From: an uncultured bacterium
Lineage (GTDB): Bacteria; Lernaellota; Lernaellaia; Lernaellales; Lernaellaceae
Assembly (NCBI GenBank): GCA_964534375.1
Contig: CAZHPN010000109.1
Coordinates: forward strand, 1 to 20,342
Direction of reading: 5' to 3'
Length of the DNA stretch: 20,342 nt
The number at the start of each line of letters is the position of its first letter. Within the stretch, counting starts at the first letter, position 1. The notes beneath the pieces are model-generated. The model was not told the DNA's origin. It made no database searches and saw only the letters and a list, made by a program, of their open reading frames with translations. This document shows positions 1-9,003 of the stretch, piece after piece. A program made the position numbers and the translations under genes.

Positions 1-423
1 GTACGGGCCCGGGCCTACGGCGAACACGTCCGACGGCGACGAGCCCCAGACGCTCGCCAGCGTCACCAGGTCTGATCCGTCTCGCATCATCGTCCAGACG
101 TCATCGTCATCGTCGGCCGTGTCGTTGTCGTCGTTGTCGTCGTTGTCGTCGTTGTCATCGTCGTTGTCGTTGTCGTCGTCGTCATTATCGTCGTCGTCAT
201 CATCATCGCTATCGTTGTCGTCATCGTCGGCCGCCGGCGAGGAATCGTCGTTGTCGTTGTCATCATCGTCGTCGTTGTCGTTGTCGTCGTCGTCCGGCGT
301 CGCATCGTCGTCGGTCGCGCTCGGGGCGTGATTGCCGCCGCTGCTGCTGCCGGAGCAGGAAGTAAAAAAGGTGACAAAGAGGATCGCAAGAAGAAGAGTC
401 GCGAGGAAAAAGAAGCGATTCAT
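1..423 (-). CDS. Lipoprotein with Asp/Asn-rich linker and beta-propeller-type repeats (5' part only; runs off the left edge)
   Basis: Not in the ORF track because it has no stop in the window. ATG at 423-421 with GGGAG 6 nt upstream. Translation MNRFFFLATLLLAILFVTFFTSC (lipobox-like FTSC, Cys23), SGSSSGG, ~70-aa D/N tract, then VWTMM...LASVWGSSPSDVFAVGPGPY. The frame is open to base 1. Confidence 0.85.
   Translation of the reverse strand, partial: MNRFFFLATLLLAILFVTFFTSCSGSSSGGNHAPSATDDDATPDDDDNDNDDDDDNDNDDSSPAADDDDNDSDDDDDDDNDDDDNDNDDDNDDNDDNDDNDTADDDDDVWTMMRDGSDLVTLASVWGSSPSDVFAVGPGPY
100..312 (-). repeat. Low-complexity GAC/AAC/GAT codon repeat encoding a poly-Asp/Asn linker
   Basis: (gtc/gtt/atc)n on the + strand; reads DDDATPDDDDNDNDDD...DDNDTADDDDD in the minus-strand frame of the lipoprotein. 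Confidence 0.9.
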
Positions 424-489
424 CTCGATCTCCCGCCCCGTTTTCGCCGTTTCGTTCCGCCCAGTTTCAGGTGATCTGGTTCAATGGCA

Positions 490-498
490 ATTATAGCA
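490..498 (-). promoter_or_regulatory. Putative extended -10 sigma70-type promoter (TGCTATAAT) for the lipoprotein gene
   Basis: + strand attatagca = TGnTATAAT consensus on the minus strand, in AT-rich intergenic DNA ~66 nt upstream of ATG 423; no clear -35. Confidence 0.55.
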
Positions 499-642
499 CG
501 AATCATGCCGAAAACGCCGAATCTCGATTCCTCTTATATTCAGATAAGTTACGCCGACGAGGGCGCCGGCGGCGCCCGCTGCGCCGCTCATTTCCCCGCT
601 AGAGCGCGAGATTTTCAGCGCTTTCGACGCGACCGGAAATGC

Positions 643-1836
643 TTATTTGTCGTTTCCCGGCCCAAACGCCCCACGGGCCGCCCAAGCGGCGAATTCGTCG
701 TCGCCGACCCCCGCTTCGCGCAAGACCTCGCGCGTGTGCTCGCCGAGCGCGGGCGCGGGCCGGTCCGGCGGCGGCAGCGGCGGCGTGAAACGGCACGGCT
801 GGGCGATTTCGCGATAGCGGCCGGCGACCGGGTGCTCGGTCTCGCGCAAGGCGCCGCGCGCCGCGAAATGCGGGTGTTGCACGGCCTCGTCGAGACGCAA
901 GACCGGTTCGCAGCAGCAGTCGGCCGCGGCGAAGAATTCGCTCCATTCCGCCTGCGTTCGCGACGCGAAAAACGCCGCCACTTCGTCGTAGACGGGGTTC
1001 CCCGGCCGCGCCTCGGCGAAGCCGTCATGCGCCAGGTGCGGCTTGCCCGCCGCGCGGCAAAACGCCTGCCAGAATTTCGGTTCGAGCGCGCCCAGCGCCA
1101 TCCAGCGGCCGTCGCGCGTGGCGTAGAGGCCGTAGCAGACCCGCGCGCCGGTCAGCGTCAACTCCGCCGGGCCCGCCGGCCGCCCGGTCGGGAAAAATTC
1201 GGCATAGGGATAGGTCAGCAGCGCCTGCGCCGTGTCGGCCATCGCGATGTCGATGAAGCAGCCTTGACCGTGCTGCGCCCGTCCGTGCACCGCCGCGACG
1301 ATCGCCAGCGCCGCGTACAGGCCGCCCGACAGATCGGCGAGCTGCACGCCGGGAATGACCGGCCGGCCGTCGGGGCCGCCGGTCAGGCTCGTGACGCCGG
1401 CGAGGGCGCAATAATTGATATCGTGGCCGGCGCGGTCGCGCCACGGGCCGGCGGCGCCGTAGCCGGTGACCGCGGCGAAGATCAGCCCGGGCTGCTCGCG
1501 TTTGAGCTGCTCGTAGCCGACGCCGAGCCGGTCGAGCACGCCGGGGCGGAAGCTCTCGACGAGAATGTCGTAGTTCCCGACGAGCCGGCGCAACGCCTCG
1601 CGGCCGGCCTCGGTTTTCAGATCGAGGGCCAGCGAGCGTTTCGCCGCGTTGAGCAGCAGGAACAAGGCGCCGACGCCGTGGCGCCGGGGCGGCGTATGGC
1701 GGGCGTAGTCGCCGCCGGCGGGGTCCTCGACCTTGACGACCTCGGCGCCCAGATCGGCCAGCAGGCGCGTGCAGAACGGACCGGGCAGCAGGCGCGTCAG
1801 ATCGAGTATCTTCAATCCGGCGAGCGGCGCGGTCAT
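643..1836 (-). CDS. CoA-transferase family III (CaiB/BaiF, alpha-methylacyl-CoA racemase-like)
   Basis: The true start is the internal ATG at 1836 (MTAPLAGLKILDLTRLLPGPFCT...LADLGAEVVKVE). Motifs KRSLALDLK, DILVESFRPGV, GYGAAGP, AGHDINY, C-terminal PAPALGEHT. ATGA overlap with the upstream stop; 397 aa. Confidence 0.93.
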   Translation of the reverse strand: MTAPLAGLKILDLTRLLPGPFCTRLLADLGAEVVKVEDPAGGDYARHTPPRRHGVGALFLLLNAAKRSLALDLKTEAGREALRRLVGNYDILVESFRPGVLDRLGVGYEQLKREQPGLIFAAVTGYGAAGPWRDRAGHDINYCALAGVTSLTGGPDGRPVIPGVQLADLSGGLYAALAIVAAVHGRAQHGQGCFIDIAMADTAQALLTYPYAEFFPTGRPAGPAELTLTGARVCYGLYATRDGRWMALGALEPKFWQAFCRAAGKPHLAHDGFAEARPGNPVYDEVAAFFASRTQAEWSEFFAAADCCCEPVLRLDEAVQHPHFAARGALRETEHPVAGRYREIAQPCRFTPPLPPPDRPAPALGEHTREVLREAGVGDDEFAAWAARGAFGPGNDK

Positions 1837-3143
1837 GACGGCTCCGGTTTCGGCGCGGCCGCGGCGGCCGGTTGTTGGCGCGGCGCCAGCGCGCGGCGGA
1901 TCGCCAGCCGCACCGCGGGGAAAAACATGCCGACGCCGGCGATCAACGGATACGACAAGATCTGGGAAACGACCGGGTTCCGGTGATATGTCGCGCCGGC
2001 GAGAATCGTGAAGATCAGCGTGAACAGGCCCCAGAAGCGGAAATAGCCCGGCGACGCGATGGTCTTGTCGCGCCGGCCGGCGAACCATTTCGCGAGCCAG
2101 TAGGTGAAAACGACGGTGGCGACTTGCAGCAGCGGAAAGAGCTTCCACATCGGCACGCCGGATTTCAGGAACATCAGGTTCAGCGGCACGCCGAAGAAAT
2201 CGACCGTGTACCACTGGAAGATGAAAATCAGGAACGTTTCGCGCCCGATGAACTCCAATTTCTTGTTGATGCTCCGTTGGCCCTTGTACCAGCGGTTCGC
2301 GGCGATCAGCGACAAACCGGCGATCGCCGACGACCGCAGAAGGAAATCGACCTTGCCGCGGAAGTAGAAATCCATCGGCAGGCGCGGCACATACCACGGC
2401 GGGTAGAACGACGCGAGCAGAAAAATGACGAACATCGGGATCAGCCATTTCTCTTTGCTCGTGCCGCGCCAGTGAATCAGCACGCCGCCGAGCAGGAACC
2501 ACGAAACCCACGGCAGCAACGAGAAGTGCACAAACAGGAAACGCTGCCACAACGGGTATTGATAAATGATCATGTAGTTGAACAAGTTGATCTTGTTCGC
2601 CGCCATGAAGGGGTACAGCCGCCACGTTTCCGGTTTCAACGCGGCCTCGGCGAGCCGATTCACCAGCGGCGCGGGCAGGTGGGAATAATAGAAATATCCC
2701 CAATTGGCCGTCGCGCCGAAGAGCAGCACCGCGATCAGCAGCAGCGACCAATCGGGCCAGCGCCGTTTCAGCACGATGTACGACGCCGCCGTGCAAACTG
2801 CGACGCCCTGGAACAACTCCATCTGCCCGAGCGTCCGCCGATTCATGCTGTACACCACGCCCAGCGCAAACAGCGCCGCCGCGGTCAGCAGATAGCTTGC
2901 CGACGCGCGCCGCCAGTCTTTGCCGGCCTCGCGCTGCACGGCCCGGGCGACGTTCATGCCCGAGGCCATGAAAAACCAGGCGTAAAACTGGTGGATGAAC
3001 TCGAACTGCGCCGTCCACAACCAGTGGCTCGATGGCACGCCGATGACCACGATCGCGTGCAGCACGAGCATCATGACGCTGGCGACGCCCTTGATCCAAT
3101 CGAGGTACGCGTCGCGTTTGGCGTCCGGGGCCCGGTCCGACAC
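1833..3143 (-). CDS. Multi-pass membrane acyltransferase-like protein (Acyl_transf_3 / DUF1624 HGSNAT-like)
   Basis: N-terminal RDAYLDWIKGVASVMMLVLH resembles the R..lD..rG....m...H signature; many hydrophobic helices; FSLLPW and IGRETFLIFIFQW segments; GTG start with GGAG upstream. Confidence 0.72.
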   Translation of the reverse strand: MSDRAPDAKRDAYLDWIKGVASVMMLVLHAIVVIGVPSSHWLWTAQFEFIHQFYAWFFMASGMNVARAVQREAGKDWRRASASYLLTAAALFALGVVYSMNRRTLGQMELFQGVAVCTAASYIVLKRRWPDWSLLLIAVLLFGATANWGYFYYSHLPAPLVNRLAEAALKPETWRLYPFMAANKINLFNYMIIYQYPLWQRFLFVHFSLLPWVSWFLLGGVLIHWRGTSKEKWLIPMFVIFLLASFYPPWYVPRLPMDFYFRGKVDFLLRSSAIAGLSLIAANRWYKGQRSINKKLEFIGRETFLIFIFQWYTVDFFGVPLNLMFLKSGVPMWKLFPLLQVATVVFTYWLAKWFAGRRDKTIASPGYFRFWGLFTLIFTILAGATYHRNPVVSQILSYPLIAGVGMFFPAVRLAIRRALAPRQQPAAAAAPKPEPS

Positions 3144-3192
3144 TCTGCGCTCCTTGGGGAAAGCTCGCCGGCGCGCCCCGCCTAGGCCGCGG

Positions 3193-3465
3193 CTAGCCGA
3201 AGTGGAACCGTTTGCGCACGGGTTGGTTGACGTCCCACGTGCATTTCAGGCCTTTGGGAAAAACGACGATGTCGCCCGCGCCGAAGTGCACCTTCTCGCC
3301 GGCGTCGGTGGTGACCGTCACGCGGCCTTCGTACAGCCAGCACGTTTCTTTTTCGTCGTATTCCCACTCGAAGCTGCTGATCTCGCATTCCCAGATGCCC
3401 CAGCGCTCGACGTCCAACGCCTGCAGCTTCTCGGGGGTCGCCTTCTCTACTTTGATCGCCGACAT
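3193..3465 (-). CDS. Small cupin-domain protein (DUF861/Cupin_3-like)
   Basis: WGIWECEISSFEWEYDEKETCWLYEGRVTVT...FGAGDIVVFPKGLKCTWDV; GAGG RBS upstream of ATG 3465. Confidence 0.9.
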   Translation of the reverse strand: MSAIKVEKATPEKLQALDVERWGIWECEISSFEWEYDEKETCWLYEGRVTVTTDAGEKVHFGAGDIVVFPKGLKCTWDVNQPVRKRFHFG

Positions 3466-3652
3466 GAACGCGCCTCGCGTTGCGGTTGACCCCTAAAATG
3501 AGACATCCGCGCCAAAGAAGCAACCGGCGGTGGCGCGCCGCCGCGTTTTTTGCCAAGATGGCGGACGACCCGCACAACCGACGCCCCGCCGCCCGCGGCG
3601 CCCGCGACCCGGCGCGCGCCCGCGGCGGACACGGAAGGGAACCGGTGAAGCC

Positions 3653-4648
3653 ATGAACGAGCCGCTCGCCCCCGCGGCGAAAAAACCGCTGATCTCGCTG
3701 GTCGCGCCGTGCTTCAACGAAGCCGAGGTCTTCGCGCAGTTGCGCCGCGAACTCGTCGCCCTCGCCGAACGCCTCGCCGACCGCTACGACTGCGAGTTCG
3801 TGCTCGTCGACGACGGCAGCCGCGACGCCACCTGGAGCCTGATCGCCGCGTTCGCCGCCGCCGACCCGCGCGTGCGCGGCGTCGCCCTGTCGCGCAACTT
3901 CGGCCACCAACTCGCCCTGACGGCGGGCTGCGACGCCGCCGCCGGCGACGCCGTTGTGTCGCTTGACGCCGACCTGCAGGACCCGCCGGCGGTCGTGCCG
4001 GAACTGGTGCGCGAGTGGGAAAAGGGCGCGGATGTCGTCTACGCCGTGCGCCGCGCGCGCCAGGGCGAGACCGGCATGAAGCTGCTCACCGCGAAGTGGT
4101 TCTACCGGCTGTTCCGGCGGATCGGCGGCGCCGCCGCCCCGGACAACGTCGGCGATTTCCGGCTGCTGAGCCGCCGCGCGATGACGGCGTTCGGGCAATT
4201 GCGCGAGCATCACCGTTACCTGCGCGGGCTGGTCGGCTGGATGGGCTTCCGCACCGCGACGGTCGAATACGACCGCGCCGCCCGCGCCGCGGGCGCGACG
4301 CATTATCCGTGGAAAAAAATGATCCGCTTCGCCGCCGACGCGATCGTTTCCTTCAGCGCCTTTCCGCTGCGCCTCAATTTTGTCTTCGGCGCGCTCGCCG
4401 CGGCGGCGGCCTTTGGCTTCTGGCTCGCGACCGCGTTGCACGGCTGGGCGACCGGCCGCCCGCTGCCGGCGGGCTGGAGCAGCCTGACGCTGACCGTCGC
4501 GCTATTCGGCACGCTGATTCTGCTCGGCCTGGGCGTGCTGGGCGAGTACGTCGGCCGCATTTACGCCGAGACGCAACGGCGGCCGCTGTACTTCGTGCGC
4601 GAGACCGTCGGCCCGCCGCCGCCGACCGCGCCGTCCGCCGGCAAGTGA
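3653..4648 (+). CDS. GT2 glycosyltransferase, GtrB/ArnC-like (polyprenyl-phosphate glycosyltransferase type) with two C-terminal TM helices
   Basis: Likely start ATG 3653 (MNEPLAP...ISLVAPCFNE); VDDGSRD, LSRNFGHQ, DADLQDPP, GDFRLLSR, LGVLGEYVGRIY...RPLY. Confidence 0.92.
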   Translation: MNEPLAPAAKKPLISLVAPCFNEAEVFAQLRRELVALAERLADRYDCEFVLVDDGSRDATWSLIAAFAAADPRVRGVALSRNFGHQLALTAGCDAAAGDAVVSLDADLQDPPAVVPELVREWEKGADVVYAVRRARQGETGMKLLTAKWFYRLFRRIGGAAAPDNVGDFRLLSRRAMTAFGQLREHHRYLRGLVGWMGFRTATVEYDRAARAAGATHYPWKKMIRFAADAIVSFSAFPLRLNFVFGALAAAAAFGFWLATALHGWATGRPLPAGWSSLTLTVALFGTLILLGLGVLGEYVGRIYAETQRRPLYFVRETVGPPPPTAPSAGK

Positions 4649-4753
4649 GCCCCGTCGGCGCAAACTTTTTTCCTGGGGCTTGCGCCGGACGCGCAAAGTA
4701 GTTCTTAAAATAGCATTTGCTTTGACCGTAAGTTTTTCTCGCGCGGAGGCGGC

Positions 4754-6568
4754 GTGAACAAGCAGATTGCGGTGTTGGTGGTTTGCGGGCTGGCGAGCCT
4801 GCTCGTGTTGTTCGGCCTGTTCGGCTATCGCGATTTCCCGCACGCGGCGCCGGCGAAGACGGCGGTTGTGGCGACCGTCAATCGGCCGTTCAACCTGGCC
4901 GACAAAGTGTTCGACTCGGAGATGCTGCGAAAGCTGTTTCCGCCGTCGTCGGCCGGCGAGGCCGACCCGCAGGCCGAGGCGGTGAACGCGTTGCGGGCCG
5001 CTTGGACGTCGCTCAAGGATCGGAGCTTCGTCGTCGCGGCGGCGCGTTTCTTCGTGAAATCCGTGCGCGTCGCCTGGACGCCGGTTCCGGCGCCGGACGG
5101 CCACCCCGTGTTGACGCCCGCGCTTTACGTGGACGGCGGTTTCCTGGCGCGGCTCGCCGGTTTGCTGATGCCGCGCGGGTTGTTTCCGGGCCCGGCGAAA
5201 TCGTTCGCCTACCGCGGCCGGCGGGTGTTCGTGGCCGACGCGGCCTCCTTCGCTTTCATCGACAACTTCGTCGTAATCGGGCCGATCGAATACGTCCGCG
5301 CGGCGCTGGACGGCCTGGCCGGCGGTTCGCTGGCCCGCGGCGACAACGGCGAGCGTTTCCGTCGTTCGCTGGCGTTGTGCGACCGGCGCGCCGATGTGTC
5401 GGCGATTTTCCTCGACATGGATCTGTTCCGGCCGGCGCGGCCGCTCGACCCGCGGTCGTTTTTCGCCGCGGCCGCCATCGAATTGGCGGTCGCGAATCTC
5501 GAATTGCACGAAGACGGCCCGCGCGTGCAGTTGGCCTTGCAGCCATTGTCGGGAAAACTGGCCTGCCCGTTGACGACGCTGACGCCCGGGGAATTCGTCA
5601 CGCGCGCCCTGACCGGCGGCGATGACGTCCCCGTGTACGTCGCCGCCCGGTTGGAGCAGCCCGGCGCCTTGAGCGCGCAACTCCTCGACCTGCTCGCCGA
5701 TCCGGACGACATGAAAAGTTTGCAAAAGAAGCTGGCGCTGATGATGATCGACACGTTTTTCGGCTACACGGGCCACGAGTTCGCGATCGTGATGGACGCC
5801 GGCAAGGCCGATTTCCCGGTGTGCGTCTTTCAACTGGCCAAAGAAAAGGAAATGCTCGAGCTGCTGGGAAAACTATCCAAGGGCTCCGATTCGCAGCCGC
5901 CGTTGCTCTCCGAGCCCCTCGGACCGGGCGGCAAGACGCTCGCCGACTCGCTGGAGGACCTGAAGGACGACGCCAAGCTGCACGAGATTCTCGCGCAGGC
6001 GCCGTCGGACAAATGGACCGCGATCGGCGAACTCGCGCAGCAGGTGCGCAGCGGCCATTTCAATCTCGAGAAGCTGGCCCAGGAAACGCACCGCGTCTAC
6101 ATGTTCGGGCGGTCGTGGCATTGGCGCATCGCGCGCGGCCTGCTGATTCTGGCGACCACGGCGGAAGCGGCCGACCGCTATCGCACGAAGATCGACCTGG
6201 GCGCGATCGCGCCGCTGCTGCAGAACGGCGCCGCCTACGTGCCCGTCGACGGCCCGTTCCTCGCCGCCCTCGACCTGCGCACCTTCTTCGCCGACCGCAC
6301 GTCGCTGCCCGGGCCGCTCGCGAGGGCGGTCGGGTTCATGCCCAAGCTCGCGGTCGGCAGCCGGTACAGCGGTTTCCGCCTGACCATCGCCGCCGTCGCG
6401 CCGTCGCAACTCGGCCTGGGCGCGCCCACCCAGGTCGGCCTCTTCTGGATGACGATCTTGCACGGCTTGCGCGGCCTGGTCGTCGCCTTCGGTCTCTTCT
6501 GCCTGGCGCTGGCCGGGCGCGCGGCCTGGCTGATCAAGTATCCGCCCAAGCCGCGGCCGAAATGGTGA
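4754..6568 (+). CDS. Hypothetical membrane-anchored protein (N-terminal and C-terminal hydrophobic segments, large soluble domain)
   Basis: GTG start with GGAGG at 4745-4749; 604 aa with host-like codon usage; no family recognised. Confidence 0.7.
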   Translation: MNKQIAVLVVCGLASLLVLFGLFGYRDFPHAAPAKTAVVATVNRPFNLADKVFDSEMLRKLFPPSSAGEADPQAEAVNALRAAWTSLKDRSFVVAAARFFVKSVRVAWTPVPAPDGHPVLTPALYVDGGFLARLAGLLMPRGLFPGPAKSFAYRGRRVFVADAASFAFIDNFVVIGPIEYVRAALDGLAGGSLARGDNGERFRRSLALCDRRADVSAIFLDMDLFRPARPLDPRSFFAAAAIELAVANLELHEDGPRVQLALQPLSGKLACPLTTLTPGEFVTRALTGGDDVPVYVAARLEQPGALSAQLLDLLADPDDMKSLQKKLALMMIDTFFGYTGHEFAIVMDAGKADFPVCVFQLAKEKEMLELLGKLSKGSDSQPPLLSEPLGPGGKTLADSLEDLKDDAKLHEILAQAPSDKWTAIGELAQQVRSGHFNLEKLAQETHRVYMFGRSWHWRIARGLLILATTAEAADRYRTKIDLGAIAPLLQNGAAYVPVDGPFLAALDLRTFFADRTSLPGPLARAVGFMPKLAVGSRYSGFRLTIAAVAPSQLGLGAPTQVGLFWMTILHGLRGLVVAFGLFCLALAGRAAWLIKYPPKPRPKW

Positions 6569-6652
6569 GGTTCGGCCTAGACTTTCCGCCCGCGCGCCCG
6601 CAAAATGCGGCGAATTCGCAATGAGCAACGGTCGCGGGCACAGGATGCGCTG

Positions 6653-8983
6653 ATGGGCATAAAAAGCTGGTTGGTGAACCGCGGGGCGAAGCGGTTCCAC
6701 GTCGAAGACAGCCTGGCGTTTTTCGCGGCCGCCGAACAGGTGGGCACGAAAGCCGACGTCGCGTTTCCGACCGACCTGGCGCCGTGGGCGGCGCGCCTGG
6801 TCACGCGCGGCATCTTCACCCAGACCGCGATTCAGCCGAATCTCGACTGGGTGCTGCCGTATTGGGCGACGCGCCAGTTCGATGAGCACGATATCAGTTT
6901 TCTGCCGCGCATGAACTGGTGCGCGTTGAACCTTACGCACCGCAACTGGACCGCCGTCGGCGTCCCCGGTTCGACGCGCGAGATGGTCGTCGATCCGCGC
7001 GGCCTGACCACGCCGTGGTTCGAGGGCTGGTCGCTCGACGCCTGGGTCGAAGTCGGCGGCCGCACCCTGTTTCCGAGCCGTGAAAAACAGGCCGACCAGG
7101 CGCCGATCGACAACTTGCCGCTGATCCGCACCGGCTTTGACGGCGCGGAATGCCGGCTCGAACTGGAGACGTTCGCCACCGTCATCGCCAAGACGGAATG
7201 CGTGCTGGTGCAGGCGCGCGTCGTCAACAAGACCGACCGGAGCATCCGGCCGACGCTCTATTTTTCGGTGCGGCCGTTCAACCCCGAGGGCGCCGCGCTC
7301 GTCCAGTCGATCGAGGCCCCCACCAAGAGCACGCTGCTGGTCAACGGGGCGCTCGGCGTCTGGTTCGATCGCCCGTCCGACCTCATCTATTGCGGCGACG
7401 CCCGCGAAGGCGATTGCGCGTTTTTCCTGCACGCGGCGGCCTCGCGCCCGGCGACGACGTGCCCGGCCGGCCTGGCCAACGCCTTTGCGCGCTTCCCGCT
7501 GGAACTGCCGCCGGGCGGGTCCGCGGCCGTCACGGCGGCGGCGACGACGCAGCCGGTCCGCTACAAACCGAAGCGCGCGGCGGAATTGCGCGTCTACGAC
7601 TACCGCGATCGCCGCGACACCGCCCGCGCCGATTGGCGGCAGCGCGCCGCCGCGGGTTGCGAAGTGACGCTGCCGGATCGCGCGATGGCCGACGCCTTCG
7701 AGCGGTGCAAGGCGCACCTGCTGCTGGCGGACGACGGCGACTATATCACCCCCGGCGTGATGACCTATCACCATTACTGGTTCCGCGACAGCGCCTATAT
7801 GATCACCGCGCTCGACCGCCTCGGGTTCCACGACGCCGCGGCGCAAAAACTGCGCAATTATCCGGACCGCCAGCAAGCCGACGGCTTCTTCCTGTCGCAG
7901 CCGGGCGAATGGGACAGCGCGGGCCAGGCGATCTGGACGCTGGTCGAGCACGCGCGGCTGGTCGGCGACCGCCATTTTCTCGAAACCATGTTCGAGCCGA
8001 TCGCCAAGGGCGCCGAGTGGCTCGTGCGCACGCGCGGCAAGCAATCGGCCGCCGGCCCGACCAAGGGTCTGCTGCCGCCGGGCTTCTCGGCCGAGCACTT
8101 CGGCCCGAACGATTTCTATTATTGGGACGATTACTGGGGCGCGGCCGGCCTGCGCGACGCCGCCTGGGCCGCCGCGGCGCTCGACATGCACCACGAGGCC
8201 GGCCGCCTGGAAAAGGAAGCGGCCGACTTTCTCGCCGATATCCGCGCCAGCCTCGACCTGGCGGCGCAACGGCTGGGCCGGCCGTCGATGCCCACCGGCC
8301 CCTATCGCCGTTTCGATTGCGCGGCGATCGGCGGGGCGGCGGCGCTTTATCCGCTGCGGTTGTTCGATCCGTTCGACCCGGCGCTCGAGGCGACGCTCGA
8401 CGAACTGCAAGAAAAGCACTTTTTCGAAAACGGCTTTTTCCAGCAGATGGTGCACAGCGGCATCAACGCCTATTTGACAATGCACATTGCGCACTGCCGC
8501 GTGCTGCGCCGCGAACCGCGCGCCTGGCCGATGATCCATTACGTGCTGGGCAAGGCGACCTCGGCGGGCGCGTGGCCCGAGGCGATCCACCCGCGCACGG
8601 GCGGCGGCTGCATGGGCGACGGCCTGCATCTCTGGGCCGCCGCCGATTGGCTGCTGCTCACGCGCGACCTGCTGCTCTTCGAAGAGAACGACGGCCTGGT
8701 CGTCACCGCCGCGCCGCGGCCGGATTGGTTCGAGTGGGGCTGCCGCATCGAGGCGCGGCGCCTGCCGACGCACTTCGGCCCGGTGTCGCTGCGTGTCGAG
8801 GGTTTCAGCGACCATGTGACCCTGCACGTCGAGGGCGAGTGGCGCCGCCCGCCGCTCAAGCTCGAATGGAACCTGCCGTTCGCCGTCGAGACGGCCGTGG
8901 TCGACGGCCGCGAAACCAACGTCAACGATTACCGCGTGGTCGTGCCCGGCGGCGTTCGCGAAATCAAGGTCCAGCGCGGGTAG
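6653..8983 (+). CDS. Six-hairpin (alpha/alpha)6 glycosidase-like protein (GH15/GH63/GDE-like superfamily), substrate unknown
   Basis: YHHYWFRDSAY, GEWDSAGQAIW, GLLPPGFSAEH, YYWDDYWG, WPEAIHP..GGGCMGDGLHLWAAA, C-terminal LPTHFGPVSL. Start at ATG 6653 (AGGA upstream) or 6605. Confidence 0.75.
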   Translation: MGIKSWLVNRGAKRFHVEDSLAFFAAAEQVGTKADVAFPTDLAPWAARLVTRGIFTQTAIQPNLDWVLPYWATRQFDEHDISFLPRMNWCALNLTHRNWTAVGVPGSTREMVVDPRGLTTPWFEGWSLDAWVEVGGRTLFPSREKQADQAPIDNLPLIRTGFDGAECRLELETFATVIAKTECVLVQARVVNKTDRSIRPTLYFSVRPFNPEGAALVQSIEAPTKSTLLVNGALGVWFDRPSDLIYCGDAREGDCAFFLHAAASRPATTCPAGLANAFARFPLELPPGGSAAVTAAATTQPVRYKPKRAAELRVYDYRDRRDTARADWRQRAAAGCEVTLPDRAMADAFERCKAHLLLADDGDYITPGVMTYHHYWFRDSAYMITALDRLGFHDAAAQKLRNYPDRQQADGFFLSQPGEWDSAGQAIWTLVEHARLVGDRHFLETMFEPIAKGAEWLVRTRGKQSAAGPTKGLLPPGFSAEHFGPNDFYYWDDYWGAAGLRDAAWAAAALDMHHEAGRLEKEAADFLADIRASLDLAAQRLGRPSMPTGPYRRFDCAAIGGAAALYPLRLFDPFDPALEATLDELQEKHFFENGFFQQMVHSGINAYLTMHIAHCRVLRREPRAWPMIHYVLGKATSAGAWPEAIHPRTGGGCMGDGLHLWAAADWLLLTRDLLLFEENDGLVVTAAPRPDWFEWGCRIEARRLPTHFGPVSLRVEGFSDHVTLHVEGEWRRPPLKLEWNLPFAVETAVVDGRETNVNDYRVVVPGGVREIKVQRG

Positions 8984-9003
8984 ACCGCGGAAGGCCGCAG
9001 CTC

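Noticed and set aside
87..389. Poly-Thr (minus) and poly-Ser (119..331 plus) ORFs
   Set aside because: Alternative frames of the Asp/Asn codon repeat; the Asp frame has the RBS, signal peptide and downstream domain
643..3099. 818-aa ORF as a possible fusion protein
   Set aside because: The upstream part is an off-frame overlap with the acyltransferase; recognisable sequence starts only at ATG 1836. The same applies to 7150..9441 (yjbQ), 9610..10590 and 14381..16855 (asnB).
484..3185. Long plus-strand ORFs 484..1986 and 1872..3185
   Set aside because: Antisense shadows of the CoA-transferase and acyltransferase in high-GC DNA; Arg/Ala-rich with no motifs
3525..3551. Terminator-like hairpin CGGCGG-N7-CCGCCG followed by T6 on the plus strand
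   Set aside because: Only a 6-bp stem, in a divergent intergenic region with no plus-strand gene to terminate; such stems are common at this GC content
4680..4711. TTGCGC...TAAAAT promoter candidate upstream of 4754
   Set aside because: The 20-nt spacer is too long; a promoter in this AT-rich gap is plausible but cannot be placed
3182..8827. Long minus-strand ORFs 3182..4441, 4502..5833 and 5873..8827 (984 aa)
   Set aside because: Antisense shadows of well-supported plus-strand genes
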